From NCBI GenBank assembly GCA_964016885.1, contig OZ024741.1, forward strand, positions 290,160,001 through 290,224,000: a DNA stretch of 64,000 bases, written 5' to 3'. Position numbers and translations under genes: made by a program. Positions 14,886 through 27,690 of this stretch are shown piece by piece. Under the pieces are notes generated by a model, which searched no databases, had not been told where the DNA came from, and saw only the letters and a list, made by a program, of their open reading frames with translations. How positions within the stretch are numbered: the first letter of the stretch is position 1; the number at the start of each line of letters is the position of its first letter. Source of the DNA: Eledone cirrhosa. Taxonomy: Eukaryota.

Positions 14886-16277
14886 GTTTTCAATTCCGAA
14901 ACAAAGGTTTCAACCACACCAGTAACCTTTCCCTCGTGTTCTCTTTAATGTGTTTTAGAAATAGACTCGCGCATTGCATCAATAAAATGACGGGATTTTG
15001 TGTACCAACAGAAACAAAATATTCATTTCTCTTTGGAAGTATATATATATATGCGTGTGTGTGTGTGTGTCTGTGTGTTTGTGTGTGTAAACAACCTAGA
15101 AAAATTAAACGTTTTTGTCATTAATATACGGAACATCTCAATGATTAAGCCAGCTAAATATGCTTAGAACATATAGATCATAGAAGCATATAAACACAAT
15201 TTAGCCTTATGCCAAACTCTCCGATAGAGAGGAATGGGCAGGCCAAACAAACTAATACAAGAGAGATTAAAATAGAATCTGTTTAAATAATTTGGCATAA
15301 GTTAGAGTGTGTTATATATGTATATATATATATATATACACGAAAACACACCCTCATACACACACACCATCTGATCTGACACAAGTAAACTCAGATTTCT
15401 ATAGATGAGAATGATGTGTGTGTGTGTGCAAGTATGTATTAATCTATGTATGTATTTATGAATATATTTTCTTCTTTAACATTTCAAAATTCTCCGAATA
15501 GATTGTGAGCCGTATTGTTAATAAAGGTAGGGATGAAATATACATGCATTTTGCATACATATTTTTTGTGCATTCATTTAATTGCATATGAGGATCTGCA
15601 GGTTTTTATTTATGTATGTGTACAGAAACAGTTTTGTATCTATACGCGTGTGATGGAAGTTCCATGGAAGTGTCGTTCTTTATGGGTAATGTACTTACTA
15701 TCGCAAGGTTGTGAGTTCGAATACTGGCATTGAATTATTTCTTTGAGCAAAACTAAATATTTTCCGTTCCTTTAACTAGGAAATGTTTGAAAAATTAGAT
15801 GTGACTCAAAGCAAATATGTCATACTCATCTCTAGGTGATGTTTCAAACGCAAACAAAATATATATATAGGGCATAAGCTTATTCTTATCTCAGCACTGA
15901 ATGATTAATTTTCACCGATGACGGATAAGACCCCAAAACGCAGGTATGATATTATCGTAAGGTTACAGAGATAACTGATATGATCAGAGCTGAAAATATT
16001 CATAGTGAGTTCTTGTACGTTTATTATACCCAGACATAATTTATATTCACTAATATACACCCATATATGACAGAGAATGTATAGAGTATTCGATATATTT
16101 TAAAAAGGAAATACTTAAATATTTTCATATATTCAAAATAATTGTTTCTACTTTTGGCACAAAGCCACCAATTACCCAGTACATTACTGGTACTTAATTT
16201 ATCGACCCCGACTGAAATATATGTATCAAATTCTGTTTTAAGCATACAATTAACTAACACACATATATATATATATA

Positions 16278-16332
<55 letters not shown>

Positions 16333-16333
16333 A

Positions 16334-16382
<49 letters not shown>

Positions 16383-16786
16383 AGTTTGTAACTACAGTTA
16401 CAGGCGGTGTGCTTCGGAAGCACTCGAATCTGTTACAAAATCCGTCACTTGTTGGGTTGTATTCCAGGATTAAGGCGGTTGTAGTATGCAGAGGGAAAAT
16501 AAAGTAAACAGGTTCGAAGTCATTGTCACAGCATATATAAGACCTTTATTGGTTTATTACAATCGTTTCAATATCGACGAAGATATATATAGATGGTGTA
16601 GGTCAGAACAAAGGGAGTCACAAAATAAAAACCCTGTCACTGAGGATGTCACAGAATGTGTGATAAATGAGCTTGGAATATCTATAAACAGCAATCCGGT
16701 TATTGAACCAACCAACCGGAAATTTATAATAAATTGAAGTGAAAACAGGTGCATGTGCAGGTGTATATATATATATATATGAACAT

Positions 16787-16971
16787 GTTTGACCCCGACT
16801 GCAGAGCTCAAGCCGTTTCCACGGCTATTTCTGGACCAGAAATAGCCGTCGAAACGGCTTGAGCTCTGCATCGGGGTCAAATATTTTCCTATTACCCACT
16901 CTACTACCCTAAGTATTGAGTACTCTGGTGCGTTATGGTCCATCTGGTTCCTTACCCACATCTCCTTCGTT
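16787..16971 (+). mobile_element. Foldback element with tail (Penelope-like, non-autonomous)
   Basis: Palindrome gtttgaccccga..gcagagctcaagccgtttc / gaaacggcttgagctctgcatcggggtcaaa plus tail shared with 6811-6995. Confidence 0.75.
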
Positions 16972-16974
16972 ATA

Positions 16975-17092
<118 letters not shown>

Positions 17093-17129
17093 CATATATA
17101 TGTATATCTGTATATGTATATATATATAT

Positions 17130-17526
17130 ATAAAGAAAGAATAATAACAGGAAGACATCATAAAAAGGTAATTTATTACGGGTGCTTACAAATGTTTCAA
17201 CACTAGTTATACAGCTTAATCATGCTATGTGCAAATTGATAATTATTTGATTGCAGAAACTGCAATCAAATAATTATCAATTTGCACATAGCATAACTAC
17301 TGTTGAAACATTTGTAAGCACTCGGAATAAATTACCTTTTTATGATGTCTACCTGCTATTATTCATTCTTTATCTACACTCCGGAATACAGAAGGATCAG
17401 AAACTGAGTATTTCCGACTATTCTTCCATAACTTGTTGAGTAACCCCTCACCATACGTCAACTCTATCTAGTGTAGTAATTAACCATTACTGCATTCAGG
17501 ATAACCCTAAGCATTTCTTGCATAAC

Positions 17527-17530
<4 letters not shown>
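17130..17530 (+). mobile_element. Foldback element (Penelope-like)
   Basis: Imperfect inverted repeat 17130-17373 centred on tgcagaaactgca; arm contains a hammerhead 3' half (GAAAcatttGTA); tail has cactc...tgagtat. Confidence 0.6.
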
Positions 17531-17575
<45 letters not shown>

Positions 17576-17579
<4 letters not shown>

Positions 17580-17822
17580 GATATATTAACAAATGGAAAC
17601 TATATTTATAAAACCATATTTATTTCATTATACATATTTCAAGCACACCATAATTTAACTTGGCGTCCTTGAAATATGTATAATGAAATAAATATGGTTT
17701 TATAAATATAGTTTCCATTTGTTAATATATCGTATTTTTACTCCAATAATTTGTTGAGTGCTTTATATCAGTTATAAAAATATTTGCTTGTTGTATCCCA
17801 ACAATTTAAATAGAACTTCTAC

Positions 17823-17830
<8 letters not shown>
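17576..17830 (+). mobile_element. Foldback element (Penelope-like)
   Basis: About 68-bp perfect inverted arms 17576-17735; arm has GAAAtatgtATA; tail tactc...ttgagtgc. Confidence 0.6.
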
Positions 17831-17903
<73 letters not shown>

Positions 17904-18314
17904 TATATATATATATGTGTGTGTGTGTTTGTGAATATGTTGCCTGTGTGTTTGTAACACAATTTGATATATATATTGTTAAAATTATTTTGAATCTATT
18001 AAAATATTTAAGTATTTCCTTAGTAAAATATACCTTATACTTTAAATCTTCTCTGTCTTTTTCCCTTCCCCTTCTTTCTTTATACCTCACAGATTCATTT
18101 TAAATTTCCGCTACTTCATCTTTCCCCTCTCGTCGCATTCCTTCTTCGCATCTTCCTGGACATATCTTCGTTTCGTTTCTTCTTCCTCTTCCATTGATAT
18201 AAAAATGTTTCAGTTCAACGAATACATATCGCCTTTTATTTATTTCTATTTAAGTGTTAAATTTTCACTTAACTTCAATAGACTCAAAGGAATTTCCGTC
18301 CTTCTTTTCATCTC

Positions 18315-18372
18315 TCTCTCACTCTGTCTCTGTCTCTGTCTTTGTCTCTGTCTTTGTCTCTGTCTCTGTCTT

Positions 18373-18462
<90 letters not shown>

Positions 18463-18475
18463 CCTCTCTCTCTAT
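18315..18475. repeat. (CT)n / (TCTCTG)n microsatellite
   Basis: Directly visible. Confidence 0.95.
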
Positions 18476-19624
18476 CACACACACATACACACTTATTTAC
18501 TCATTTTCACTCTTTAATCTAAGTTTCCCCGTCTCTTTTTCTCTCCCTCTCTCACTGATTCACTAATGCTCACTCTTTAATCTAAATCTGTCTCTCTCCC
18601 TCTCCCTCCCTTCTATCTCTCCTCCTCTCTCCTTTTCTTCCACTCTTCTTCTGTCCGTTACCATTCATGACTTCATATTTTCTTATATTTCTGAGAGTTT
18701 ATCATTTCATTTATTCATTCAACCACGTACTTTTCTTTCGTTATATTTTTCTTTCATGCACAGAAATTATCTAAGAATTTTACATATTGTCGAGTTGCTG
18801 TCTTTTGAAATATCTTCACAGAATTTGATACAGTCGGCAACAGCTGGAATCTTTTTCAATAAAAATCAGAAATAAATATATAACAAATACGACCTAACAA
18901 AATAATAAACAAGGATATTGATATCAACATCAACAAGAACAACATATATATCAACAACATAGAACTAATACTATACCCTATATTATATTTCTCATTACAT
19001 ATATAAATGTGTGTGTGAGTGTGTTTGTGTATGGGTCCATTTATATGTGCATATACAGTAAAGATCTTAAACGTGACTGCATGAATGTATATAAATATAC
19101 GCATCATTTTGTGAAAATAAGATATATTTGAATGTATTTTTTAACGAATAGTACAGAAAGTTAGGTTTGTCATTTTTTCTCAGTAGCATTGCCGCCTTGA
19201 TGTGCGTATATGGTAAAGTGAAGGTAAGTGAGCTAGGTTCATGTTAAGCTAAGTTCAAAACCAGCTGCACGGATTGGCGTACAAAATGACTAGTGTCCAC
19301 GTCAGACACCAGAAGTTAGAAATCTATTAATTTTAATTTTTTCTTGAAAATAATTAAAATGAAAAAAAGGGCTCTTCTGGCTTATTAACCGTTATTGAAA
19401 CCCTATCTCCACATCAATACATATGGAATGTATACTTACACCCCTATCTAACTACAAGACGTGATAAGTGATACATAAATTTGTTTTCATTGTAATTGAA
19501 AAAAGAAATTACAAGTAATGAAGGGAACTCTTATTTCCTTTTTCCCTTTTCAGTATGTACGCTCAATCTATTCAACTAACTAAAGGTCAAATTTCCATGT
19601 AAAAACTATATATATTTTCATTTG

Positions 19625-19810
19625 GATTGGCAGTATTGGCTGGCATAGCGTCGGATAAAGTCGTTTGCAGCATATGGTTTAAGCCCCTGACGTTCTAAGT
19701 TCAATTCCTGCCAGGATAGATAAAATAAAGTACCAGATAATTACTAGGCCGATTTAATCGACTTTCACACCACTCCATCGATATTGCAAGTCTTTTGTTT
19801 AATGTAGAGT
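19625..19810 (+). mobile_element. tRNA-derived SINE (Nin-type), decayed
   Basis: ttggcag head, gttcaattcctgcc Box B, gataaaataaagtaccag core. Confidence 0.55.
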
Positions 19811-19985
19811 ATTGTTAGGCTTCATACAAATTGGTGACATTCAACTTGGTAAATGTTTAAACAAGGGCTTTATTCTATCTCTAGAGATGAGAAAATGTAT
19901 TGATATCCCTTACAACTTTATTTTGGAAGGATTAAATTTTTATCGGTATATATATGTATATGTGTGTGTGTGGGCGGGGTGTATG

Positions 19986-20022
<37 letters not shown>

Positions 20023-20564
20023 TAATGACGATATGGAGAAATTATACGAAACATTGCGATGACCAAACAATGAAGCATCTATCCAATATCTTCCTCACCA
20101 GCCAAATCCTAGGAAATGCAATTTTGAACATAAGCGAAGGATTGCATAATATTTAACCGGGGTTTTACGTCGTCTTAAACAAATGTCCCGGAAAGATGCA
20201 TATATGGCAACAGAGCGCCAATCTTTCGACTAGGAGAGCAAAGGGAAAGTATAAACAAATAGGAACAAAAGACTGACGACTGGAAAAAGAGGGCATGGAA
20301 TAGTAAAGGCATGTTGTGCAAACCATAACGCAGGAAGGAGGGAAATATAAATAAACTTTCTTTTAAAAGGTAGAGCGAGTGTGTGAGGAAAGCGAGAGAG
20401 AGAGAGAGAGTGCACTAGTATTTATACATTTAGTTAATCAAAGAAGGAGTGTACAGAGTTAATATAGTAATAAATAGCAAAGATTCACGTGGACGAACAA
20501 AAATGTATCTATCTTCTGCGTCAATTACACGCTATTCAATGCAAATTAGCGCATAAGCCATTCA

Positions 20565-20880
20565 TGTTAAACTTTTTTTAAGGTTCTCTCACCATCTGAT
20601 CCTCTGGCGGCCTTGGTTGCTTCTGTGAACTCATGGGGTCCAAAAAGGGACGCGTGTGGTCGAACTGTTTATGGTAATGTGTCCCGCCTACTTCCATTTT
20701 GATTTGTAATGATTTCTAGGATGTCATGAACCTATGTTTTGTCTCGGATCCATTCGATGGTTTTTCCAACTGGCCATGATCCTTTCATGGGCTCTGTTCA
20801 GGGTTCCTAGCTTTAGAGGTTGCGTTTTTGTTAGGTTCCAGGTTTCTGATCTGTAAGAGACAATCGGCAGAATATACTGG
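20565..20880 (-). mobile_element. Decayed RTE-clade LINE 3' fragment
   Basis: Minus-strand hand translation gives KWK*AGHI...WTP...GRQRIRW. Confidence 0.6.
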
Positions 20881-20994
20881 TCATAAACGCGACGTTTCAA
20901 GAGAATTGATGTGTCTCTGCAGATAGCACTCGTTCTTCCAAAGGCCTGCCACTTCCGTGTGATGCGGCGCCTGATATCTTATTTATACATGCAT

Positions 20995-21087
<93 letters not shown>

Positions 21088-21129
21088 TATGTATACAACG
21101 ATCGATATATATATATATATATATATACA

Positions 21130-21849
21130 CAAAATTAAATTAAGGGAGTCATGTCCGAGACATGCGCCATATCCACCGTAGAATAAGCTCAAAGATTCCA
21201 ATGAATAGATCCGAGTATTTTATATCAACTAGAAATTGATTGACATATATATATCTAAAATAAACACATGAAACAATCACAGGGGATAATTTGTAATGTG
21301 TGTAAGCACACACAGCTAAGTAGGTAACTAATTAAAGTTTGACTAGAACTTCAAATATAGATACCTTTAAAATGATCAATCTTCCTTATATATATTTCAT
21401 TAAAGAAATATATTTCACCACTAATCCGTAAACTCACAGTAGTTATAAATCGGATCTTCAGCAAGGGAGAAGATTTAACTATCTGTGTTTACACATCAAA
21501 TGCAAATCTGCGAATGACCCGTCGCACGTGTTGCATTTTTAAAACTACACACATCGTACCAGCGTCAGCCCAGTGGCGTGAATAGGATTATCGACAACTA
21601 GAAATAGCAGCCGAGTCCTTTCAACTGAGTTAGCTCTACAATTAAGGGGTTGTATATATATCCAAAATTAAATTAAGGGAGTCATGTCCGAGAGATATCC
21701 ACCGTAGAATAAGCTCAAAGATTCCAATGAATAGATCCATTAGTTACCTACCTAGCTGTGTGTGCTGACACACTTTACACATTATCTCCTGTGATTGTTT
21801 CATGTGTTTATTTTAGATATATATATATATATGTCAAACAATCTCTAGT

Positions 21850-21856
<7 letters not shown>
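21130..21856. repeat. Element with nested direct and inverted repeats (Penelope-like architecture)
   Basis: Direct repeat about 21130-21212 / 21663-21738; inverted repeat about 21222-21331 / 21740-21856; in (TA)n. Confidence 0.65.
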
Positions 21857-21935
<79 letters not shown>

Positions 21936-22138
21936 CGGGAGAGTGAGAGAGATCAGTTGATCTTTGTAAAAAATATTCGAAGTTGGTAGAACACTCATTC
22001 CAGGGGACGGATTTTCTCATATCATTTTTTATTACACCAACAGTACATATATATTCAGAATACGTAGTGCTAATGTATCAACAACTTATAGACACACTCA
22101 CCTACACAACACACACATACACATATACATTTATACAA

Positions 22139-22266
<128 letters not shown>

Positions 22267-22765
22267 CTTGATGTGTATGCTGGAAATGAATTTATCTTAC
22301 CCCCAGCCATTTCATACTTCACAACATGCCTGTAAAATGAATATATGTATAACTTGTTGGCGGGGGTGGGGCAGTAGAGATGTATTATAGGCAACGAAAA
22401 TAAGCGCTTGAAAGTAGGAGGAATCTTATGATAGAAAAAAAAACTTGAAAGACGCCTTGTATATACGTCGTTCAGTGGATACCATCGTTATCTCTGTTCT
22501 CCTTATCTAGCTGAATGCAGGGGTACAGGGTTTTGGTTTACGTTTATTTCATTTTTTATTAATACAAACAGTGTAAATTAAGTCGTAAAGATGAAGACGT
22601 TCTTATATGATGAAAATAATATTTGGTCTTGCTATATGACTGCATGTGTGTCTCACACACACACACACGCGCACGCTCATATATATATATATCATACTAT
22701 GCTCTGTAAGAGCATAGAGTGGTCAACCGGCATACCGCCTATGGAAGCATCTTAGCTACCATCAG

Positions 22766-22854
<89 letters not shown>

Positions 22855-22862
<8 letters not shown>

Positions 22863-23140
22863 AATAAGATAACAAGGACGATTGGTTACTCCTTCATTAT
22901 GTTTATTGGTTGGTGACGCGCGTTTCGCCACTGATCAGTTCAAGGTTCGCTCTGTTTCGATCTGACCTGACTCTGTAATCCGCGGCTCGTCAGACCCTTG
23001 TAATGTTAATGGGAGAATGAACCAATAAACGTAATGAAGGAGTAACCAATCGTCCTTGTTATCTTATTTCACTATAATACACTCTGTCTAGCTCTACACC
23101 TCGACACTGAAGTGAACCGATTTGATGAAAGTCGATCGAA
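22855..23140. mobile_element. Foldback element with hammerhead in the loop
   Basis: About 57-bp inverted arms 22855-22911 / 23020-23076 enclosing a hammerhead; in (TA)n. Confidence 0.75.
22912..22996 (-). ncRNA. Type I hammerhead ribozyme with extended stem II
   Basis: Minus strand: ggt-CTGACGA-gccgc...gtggc-GAAA-cgcgc-GTC-acc; stem I ggt/acc, palindromic stem III acgcgcgt, GUC site. Confidence 0.8.
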
Positions 23141-23227
23141 TATATATATATATAAACAAAATTTGTTATGAGGCTGTTTACTTTTAAACAAGCCGAATAT
23201 TAATAATATTACGATATTTTTATAACA

Positions 23228-23567
23228 CTAGACCACCCGTAACCCGTTGGGTCACGTTCTCTTTAAAATATTTTTTGAAAAAATCATGTTCACTTAAAAT
23301 AATTTCTAAATAATCAAAATATACAGACAAGTCTCTCTCTCAATCTATTCTCAAAAAACCACGATCTCTTTTCCTCTATCTCTATTTATGAAGTTACCCG
23401 GAAAAACCCCGTATCTCGGCTCCGATTTGCGCGAAACTTGTTTTATTCCATTTCTATTCTCATTTCAAGGGCAACTTCCTTTCAAAGTATTTCCCCATTA
23501 TGCACCGTTTTGACTGTATTAAATCACAGACAAGACACAATCACAGCATTTTAGTAGATAGATAGAT
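23228..23567 (-). mobile_element. Probable non-autonomous Helitron
   Basis: Minus strand starts a|tctatctatctactaaaatg and ends with a GC-rich imperfect hairpin + ggtCTAG|t. Confidence 0.45.
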
Positions 23568-23799
23568 TCAAAATAAACACACACCACCACTACCACCACA
23601 CTACTACCAATACCATCACACCACCACCACTACATATTTCAAGCTCCTGTGAAATAATTCAACAAAAGCAAACCGCCAGCAAAAAAAAGAAAGGTCTTCC
23701 CCACAACACCCCAGGGGTTAAAAAGGTGGGGGAGGGGATCGAGAACTTTGTTGATTTTTACAGAAGATGAAAACATTTGTTGCTTCAAAGTAAGAAATA

Positions 23800-24970
23800 T
23801 TGAAGTAGGATATAGAGAGGGAGAGAGGATTTGGTGGTCTAGTGAGAGAGAGAGAATTGTGAGAGAGAGTGAGGTATGTAGCGGGATATAGAGAGCGGGA
23901 GAGAATGTGTTGGTCTAGTGAGAGGGTATTGTGAGAGTGAGAAAGAGAGAGGGAAATAAAGTGAATTATGTAGAGGAATATAGAGAAGGGGAGATAGATT
24001 GGTGGTCTAGTGAGAGAGGGGGAATTGAGAGAGAGAGAGAAAAACATGTAGTAGGATATAGAGATCAGGACAGAATATGTTGGTAGAGAGAGAGGGGGAA
24101 TTAACTGAGTGAAATAGAGGGAATTATGTAGAGGAATATAAAGAGGGGTAGATAGATTGGTGGTCTAGTGAGAGAGGGGTAATTGAGAGAGAGTGAGGTA
24201 TGTAATGGAATATAGAGAGGGACAGTGAGTTTGGTGGTCTAGTGAGAGAGGACTAATTATGAAAGCCATAGAGAGTGAGTGAAGGCGCGTGGCTGAGTGG
24301 TTACAGAATTGTATTTACGATCGTGAGGTTGTGAGTTCGATTCCCGGACCAGGCGATGCGTTCTGTCCTTGGGCAAGACACTTTATTTCACGTTGCTCCT
24401 TCTACCTGGAGTTACGACTGATAGAGAGTATTAGTAATTAGAAAAACCAATGGAAACATCGTTTCCTCGGTCCGATTTGACAAAAAAAGTCGATCGACTG
24501 TCGATAGAGAGTGAAGCATGTAGTGGGATATAGTGAGAGGGAGAGAGTTTGGTGGGCTAGTGAGAGAGTGGGAATTATGAGAATATAGAGAGTGAGCTAT
24601 GCACTGGTATATAGAGAGAGGAGCGAAATTGGTCATCTACAGTGATAGGGGGAATTGTGAGAGAGTGAGATGTAGTGGGATATAGAGGGTGGCAAAAAGT
24701 TTGGTGGTTTGGTAAGAGAGGAGGAGTTGTGAGAATGATAGAGTGAGGTATGTAGTGGTATACAGAGAGGTGGATTATTTTTTGTGGTTTAATGAGAGAG
24801 GAGAAATTGGGAGAGTGTGAGGGAGTGGGGTATGTAGTAGGATATTGAAAGAGGGAGAGCCTTTAATGGTTTAATGACAGAGGGGGAATTGTGAGAATGA
24901 GAGACAGTGAGGTATGTAGTCGGATATAGAGATGGGAAGAGAGTTTGGTGGTTTAGTGAGAGAGAGAGTT
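23800..24970. repeat. Degenerate purine-rich tandem repeat (about 60-90 bp units)
   Basis: Recurrent ttggtggtctagtgagagagggggaattgtgagagagtgaggtatgtagtgggatatagagag; interrupted by a SINE. Confidence 0.8.
24283..24508 (+). mobile_element. tRNA-derived SINE with CORE-like body and LINE-type 3' stem-loop
   Basis: Box A tggctgagtgg, Box B gttcgattccc, gtccttgggcaagacactt; 3' about 105 bp shared with 35243-35350. Confidence 0.8.
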
Positions 24971-25904
24971 ACACACGTAGAGTGTAAAAGTGAGAAATGA
25001 AATTTCGTTTCATTCTTTTCCATTTATCGTTTTCGGTACGCCCGGCCGACTAACTCACTCGATATGCAAATTAGGCTGCTCAGCCGTTAATATGCATAAG
25101 GAAAGTATATACTTTCAAACGTTCAATCATCTGACAGAAAGGTATATGATGCTGACGATAGCTAATAAGCTTGAAACTAGTACATCGTTCCTGTGTCAGT
25201 GTTGAACAAAGGGGCGACGATGGTTGCCGAGCACTGTACGGCGTAATTCGGGCTGTTTGTTTACAAACAAACCGAACATTATAATAAATGTTCGGCAAAC
25301 CAATACGTACATAGGAAAATGTGTGAGGAGATCCTTGGTACAGTTAGGCATATTTGAAAAAAAAAGGAAGTGAATGACTTCACTTGTAGTTCTAAATAGT
25401 TTGATTTAATTTTAATCTAATTTTATAATATTATAATATTATGAGTTGGTAGATCTAGTTGGTAGATCTTCTTTGTTAACTTCGGTTGGAAGATTTTTAA
25501 ATATTCCTGGTTAACACTCTTGGAGAACTTTCTCGCATTCATATATAAATATATACAGAGTTTCCCAAAGAAATGTATACACACTGTTAGAATAACAGTG
25601 TGTATACATTTCTTATATATATATATACATATTTGTTTATATATATATATAAATCTAAATACACACACACACAAACACACACACACACACACACACACAC
25701 AATATATATATATATATATACATATAGACACATACTTAGAAACCCTTCCTATTTAGCTGGAAATACTCGGTGCACAAATAGTGTCCTAACACATGTTATA
25801 TGATAAATATGACTTAATATTCAGTCACCAAATTCCACCTAGATGCAGTAATGCTGTATTCGATTCTTCGAAGTAACCTGTTATAATTTCTTTCAACAAC
25901 GCCA

Positions 25905-25975
<71 letters not shown>

Positions 25976-27397
25976 TCCTCTATCTCTCTCTGTCTCTATC
26001 TCTCTCACTCGCTCTCTTCCATCTTTCTTCTCTGTTTCATTCTCTCTCTACGGATACGCAGAAACACTAATTTTGATTATAATGTTACATAAATATGCAT
26101 GTGCACGCATATTTATATATATACATAAACGTTAACATACTTTTAACACAATCTAGATACATAACCTTATACTTCACGCAATCCTGATTCATAACCATAT
26201 ACTTCACTAAATCGAGATATATAGCTACATGCGTCAACCAATTCAAGTACATAACCATCAAATACACCTAAATTATAATGTTTCACTCTAAATACTGATA
26301 GAATTAATGTTCGGCTTTAATGTTGCACTAGCAGAGTTAATAGGTACGGTGGTTTGATTTGCGTATACATCTTCTTATATCATCTTTAAAATTAGGATAA
26401 TTTGTGCTGCCTCCATTTGTAAAATGTACATTTTACAAACTATTTGAAGCTGGCAGACTTTGTTTATTCAGCAAAACTATAATATATTGAGTAACGCATT
26501 TTGGTATGTACGCCAGCAAGCAGGGCTTAGTTCCCCGTGTTTCTAGTCAGTGGTAAATTTTATAATCCAGATAGAGATATTCTCTATTTTCAGGGCTTAA
26601 TCAAAGGAGAGAGTGTAACTCCCATTGTCTTTTTCCCGGACTTCGAAGCTAGGAGCGGACGGAATGAAATCATCGTTATCCTACGGTAATAGCCGGAACG
26701 TTTACAACAGACTGGATTCCACTACAGACACCCAAGTGTCAGATGGTTAATATACGATGTTTAATATACGTATCACTGGGAATTACTGCGGTGAACTGAC
26801 AGAATTGTTATAACATCAGACTACCTACCATGCTTTATTTTTCAAGTAGCATCACCAACGACAAGTAGTATCAACCCTTTCCTTTCCCTAGCACGGCATT
26901 ATTGACGCAGAGACAGAAGACTTACATGCATGTGAGACTGTTTGTCTTCCAGAAAGAAATGCCTGGATGGAGGGAGATAATTTCCCTCTGACTATGTTGT
27001 ACAGGAATATTTTATCCAACACATGCACACAGTAAAAGCAAAACAAACACCAAACCCTCTATTGAACAATTTATCTTGTCTACATCACCATAAAAAGACG
27101 GGAAAACGTTGCAACGAAAATGAGCCGGCAGTATCCGCTGCACCAGCCACTCTAACACGTGTATTTCTCCCTTCGGACATGACATCTTCATCTCATTTTG
27201 ACAGAAGAGAGGGATTGTCCGGAGTCTAAGAATATCGGGAGTTTCAAATGTAAACAATTTGTCTGATGATAAGTAGTATATATTCAACTTCCACCTTTCT
27301 CTGTTATGTCTGGCAGCCCCCGAATTTATGGGCGAAGCGACAATACTGGCGCTGGAGAGTGTCACATTATCAGATGTCCCCGAATTAGTTATTTGTG

Positions 27398-27690
27398 GAG
27401 GCGCGTGGCCTAGTGGTAAGGGTGTTGGACTTACAATCATAATATCGTGGGTTCGATTCCTGGGCTGGATTGTCTGTTGTGTCCTTGAGCAAAACACTTT
27501 GTTTCACATTGTCTCTGTATACTCAACTGAAAATGAGAAGCAGCCAAAGCTGGTGGTGGGGGGTTAAACCTGTGATGGACTGACATTCTGTCCAGGGGTG
27601 GGGATTCTTCTACCCTCAGTCGCTTCACGCCACAGATACCGGGATGATCACCGGCCTGATGAATCCCAAGCTCGTGACAGAATGTTGTTA
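27398..27690 (+). mobile_element. tRNA-derived SINE (V/Meta-like central domain)
   Basis: Box A tggcctagtgg, Box B gttcgattcc, gtccttgagcaaaacactt, cctgtgatggactgacattctgtccagggg. Confidence 0.8.

Noticed and set aside
24283-24355. tRNA genes at 24283 and 27398
   Set aside because: Box A/B are present but the cloverleaf is degenerate and continues into SINE body sequence.
23800-24970. CRISPR-like periodic repeats (also 57000-61645)
   Set aside because: Inter-repeat sequences are themselves repeated, there are no cas genes, and the context is eukaryotic.
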